DNA of 64,000 nt from Callorhinchus milii (taxonomy: Eukaryota), in contig NW_024704743.1 of the NCBI RefSeq assembly GCF_018977255.1, positions 23,438,001 through 23,502,000 on the forward strand, written 5' to 3'. The position numbers were made by a program, and so were the translations under genes. Positions 60,370 to 64,000 of this stretch are shown here, one piece after another. The notes beneath the pieces were generated by a model. The model had not been told where the DNA came from and ran no database searches. It was given only the letters and a program-made list of their open reading frames with translations. The stretch's first letter is position 1; each line of letters begins with the position of its first letter.

Positions 60370-62150
60370 CTGTGAGGAGATGCCTTGAATCCAAAATCGA
60401 GGAGATACGTTCAGCCACCTCTGCCCTGTCCTCTGCCATCCACACATCACCTCTCCCTCATGACCCACCCCCCCACCCATCCCCCCCTATACTCCTTCGA
60501 TCCTATCTCTCCCTTCTTCCTCACTGCCACCTGCTCCCTCGATCCCATCCCCACCTCTCTCCTCATTTCCCAGCTTCACCTTCTGGCCCCTCTCCTGTCC
60601 GACGTTGTCAACCTCTCCTTGTCCACCGGTTCAGTTCCCACCCCCCTAAAAGCAGCCGTCATCACCCCCTCCTGAAAAAATCTTCCCTGGATCCATCCCT
60701 ACTCTCCAGCTACCTCCCCATCTCTAACCTCCCATTCCTCTCCAAGGTCCTGGAATGAGTCATTGCGTCCCAGCTCTGCTCCTTTCTTTCTCGCCATTCC
60801 CTCTTTGAACCCCTCCAATCCAGCTTCCGCACTGCCCATAGCACCGAAACAGCCCTGGTCAAAGTCACTAATGACATTCTGAACATCTGTGATCAGTGGT
60901 CCCTCTGCTTCCTTGTCCTCCTCGACCTCTCTGCTGCCTTCAAATCTGTCGATCACTCAATCCTCATACTTAATCTTCGCGACCTGCCCTTCCCTGGTTC
61001 AATTCCTATCTCTCTCACTGTCTCCACTTTGTTGCCTCTAACAGTTCCTCCTTCAGCCCCCGCACTGTCACGTCTGGCATCCCCCAGGGCTCTGTCCTTG
61101 GCCCTCTCCTCTTTAATATCTACATGCTCCTCCTTGGTGACATCATCCGCAGACATGGGGTCAACTTCCATATGTATGATGCGGATGACACCCAACTCTA
61201 TCTTTCTGCCTCCATCCTCAACTTCAGGACCACTGTTGTCCTGACAGACTGCCTGTCGGACATCAAGTCCTGGATGAGGGCAAATTGCCTACAGTTCAAT
61301 GTGAACAAGACTGAGGCCCTCCCGATTGGCTCGCGCCAGCGCCTCTGCACCTCAGGCTCTGGCAGCATCAACCTCCATGGTTTCACACTTCAACTCACCA
61401 AGCCAGTCAGGAACCTAGGTGTCCTGTTCGACCCTCAACTGTCTATTCTTCCCTACATCCAAGCCATGACCCGCTCTGCCTTCCCTCACCTCCGTAACAT
61501 CGCCCGACTCTGCCACTACCTCACCCCTCAGGCCGCTGAAACTCTTGTTCATGCCTTCATCACCTCCAGGCTCGACTATGCAAACGCTCTGCTTGTCGCC
61601 TTCCCAACTGCTCCCTCCACAGGCTGCAGATAATCCAGAACTCTGCAGCCCGTGTCCTCTCCCGCACCAAACTCCATGACCCCATCTCCCCCATTCTCGC
61701 CCCACTCCATTGGCTCCATATCCTTTAGAGGATCCAATTCAAGATCCTGGTTCTCACCTACAAGCCCTCCATGGCCTTGCCCCACCCTACCTCTGTGACC
61801 TCCTAACTCCCTACCAACCCACCCACTCCCTCCGCTCAGCCGGCTCTGGCCTGCTCCACGTCCCCCAACCCACCCGCCCCACCATTGGCTGTAGAACCTT
61901 CAGCCACTCTGCCCCCAACCTCTGGAATTCCATCGCCCAATCACTCCGCCTCTCCCCCTCCTTAGCCTCCTTCAAGTCCCGCCTCAAAACCCTCCATTTC
62001 GACCATGCCATTGGTCACCCCCCTTCCCCTCCCCTCCCTCCTGCCTCCCTGACCCCAGCTCGGGTCTGAAATGCTGTACACTGTCCAGAGCCTTGGGATG
62101 TTCTCCCAACGTGAAAGGCGCTATACAAGTGTAATCTTGCTGCTGTTGTT
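60370..62150 (+). mobile_element. L2a LINE, 5'-truncated, most of the RT domain, inactivated
   Basis: PISNLPFLSKVLE; STETALVKV; QGSVLGP region; [11 protein letters not shown] (YADD disrupted by an extra codon); [11 protein letters not shown]; tail. Confidence 0.97.
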
Positions 62151-62262
62151 ATTTGCCCATAAAATACACAGTCACTCCACTTTACAGTATATCTTTTGAA
62201 GTGTTTTGAGACATCCTCCTGACATGTAAGATGCTATATTACATGCAAGGATTATTATTTAT
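62151..62262 (+). mobile_element. SINE-B 3' fragment
   Basis: ttgcccataaaatacacagtcactccactttacag...gacatcctcctgacatgtaagatgc. Confidence 0.75.
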
Positions 62263-62919
62263 TAGGCAAAATTGAACACATTTTGCATGCTTTCAATTTG
62301 CCATTTTTTTTCTGATTTTCTTCTCTTAAGATTTCTGAATCTTTTTTCCTTATATTAGTATAAGGCATCACAGGCATTGGGCACCTTATGTTACCTCACT
62401 CAAGTAACCATTGTTCACTTTTGATTCCTGCAGAAAGGGAATATCTCCTGCTGTCCTGGCCAGCAATTGTGGGCAACAATATCCAATAATTGGTCATTTG
62501 CTTCATGGCTGTTTCTGGGCCATTGCTGTGCACAAATTGGTTGCAAAGATTTAACCAACTTTTTTTTAAAAGAATGCTAATTACAAGGCATTAATACACA
62601 TGACAACAGATGCGACCGAACTCTTCTAACCCTTTGGAGAATTTTGCTCTGACTCAGGTAACCTGTCTTCCTTCAGAGTTTATTTTGCTTACAAATTGCA
62701 TAGTTAAAAACTTTACAAACTATATTTGAGATGTCCTCCTAACATCTTCCTGCGTTAAATGCAAGGACTATTTATTTTCACAGTGAATGCTGGTAGACTA
62801 TGGCAGCATAAAAACTGAGCATGAGTTTGTCCCCGCCTGTGCATTTAACCCTGAGCTATTAAACGCTCTGGGACGCTCATGAAGGATGCTATATAAATGC
62901 AAGTTGTTGTTGCACTTAC

Positions 62920-63050
62920 CAGCAGGATCCCTAGTCAGCTATCTGAAATAGGAACCTCAGCTTTCCCAGGCCAGTTGTTATGCTTCATCTACTGCCTTAG
63001 CTGAGATCCACTAATAGCTCAGTCAGTGTTTTGAATCTGGGATATTCTGC
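62920..63050 (-). mobile_element. SINE-C, decayed
   Basis: aggaacctcagctttccc...ctactgccttagctgagatccactaatagctcag...gaatctgggat (reverse of the 40330-type sequence). Confidence 0.45.
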
Positions 63051-63060
63051 TTTGAAGGGG

Positions 63061-63367
63061 ATAATAATAATAATAATCCTTACATTTTATACATGTCTTC
63101 TAACATCTCAAAGCACTTCAAAGAATATACTGTAAAGTGAATTGACTATATATTTGTGGGCAAAACGCAGCAGCCAATTGCACACAGCAGTGTCCTACAA
63201 ACAGCCGTAGATTGAAGTGACCAATATTGTTGTTGTTTTTTTTCTTGAGGGATTATTATCAGGCGTGTGGAGTAAGGAATCCTGCCCAAGGTTTTGCCCT
63301 GCCAGGAATTGAACCCGGGTCGCTCGCTTGCAAGGCGAGTGCTCTAACCAGTGAGCTACAGGACTCC
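63061..63367 (-). mobile_element. SINE-A short form
   Basis: Complete reverse copy ending gtgagctacaggactcc. Confidence 0.95.
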
Positions 63368-63924
63368 CTAAATAGAAATAGTGATGTGTAGGGCGGTGCT
63401 TTTGGCCATAAAACGATTGGGAGAGCTTCCAAGTTTTATAGTCTGTTATTAATTCTCAGCTTTACTCAGGGAAATGTTCAAAGCTATTCACCAGAACAGA
63501 GGAACATTAGTGTAAAGGACCGATCAGAGGCTTGGTTTTGTTGCGTTATCACCATTCTGGTCAAGCAAGATAGGAGATGACGATATATAAAACAGCCTTG
63601 CCTTGTCAAGAGCAGCCTGAAATGTTCCGAAGGCTTGTGAGCTGCTGCTTATAATTTCCCCAGTGGAGGTTCTTTATTATATTACGAGTGTAACCAAGCC
63701 AGGTTTTCAGCTTAGGAGCATTCCGTGCGCAATGAATGTTTGAAGCTTTGGTAGGCATCCAACAGCTAGGTTAGTGGGGGAAAAAGCAAATTGATGCTGA
63801 GAATTCAACCACTTTAAATGGTGGACATAGCCATGCTTCAAAGCCAACATTTTTACCAAGTAGACTGACAGAAGCCTTAAAGCTGTAACAGCCATACACA
63901 TTTACCAGACTTCTTTCTGTGTTG

Positions 63925-64000
63925 TAATAATTATATAATAACCTTGCATTTGATATAGTGCCTTATCAAGTTGTTGAGATGTCTCAAAGTGCTTCACAAA
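63925..64000 (-). mobile_element. SINE tail running off the window edge
   Basis: aaccttgcatttgatatagtgccttatc...gtctcaaagtgcttcac. Confidence 0.8.

Noticed and set aside
61124..61633. 169-aa reverse-transcriptase ORF, and similar ORFs at 17655, 57270 and 50292
   Set aside because: Fragments of frameshifted, 5'-truncated L2 ORF2 with disrupted or absent YADD; not functional genes
1..64000. CRISPR array, rRNA, operon or other prokaryotic system
   Set aside because: Recurrent motifs are dispersed SINE/LINE tails, not regularly spaced repeats; the sequence is vertebrate-type with low coding density

Overview
This is repeat-rich vertebrate non-coding DNA (intergenic or a very large intron). The repeat families suggest a cartilaginous fish, most likely a chimaera such as the elephant shark; that is an inference from recalled repeat sequences, not a database result. 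I found no recognisable host protein-coding gene. Every protein-like ORF in the track is a broken piece of L2- or CR1-clade LINE ORF2 or a read-through of a SINE. The window contains: (i) many 5'-truncated L2 LINE fragments of at least two lineages (here L2a and L2b, with different 3' stem-loop loops); (ii) old CR1 3' fragments; (iii) a young tRNA-Ala-headed SINE (SINE-A, long and short forms) with an L2-type tail; (iv) an older Deu-domain SINE (SINE-B, SacSINE1/AmnSINE1-like); (v) a very old SINE (SINE-C); (vi) a Penelope-like remnant with an intact minimal hammerhead ribozyme motif; (vii) an unclassified ~0.5-0.7 kb repeat present as two direct copies plus a fragment. It also has candidate + strand exons of a probably non-coding transcript, several perfect palindromes, and TE-poor blocks with developmental TF motifs (possible enhancers). 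Boundaries of decayed elements are approximate. The family labels A/B/C and L2a/L2b are my own.
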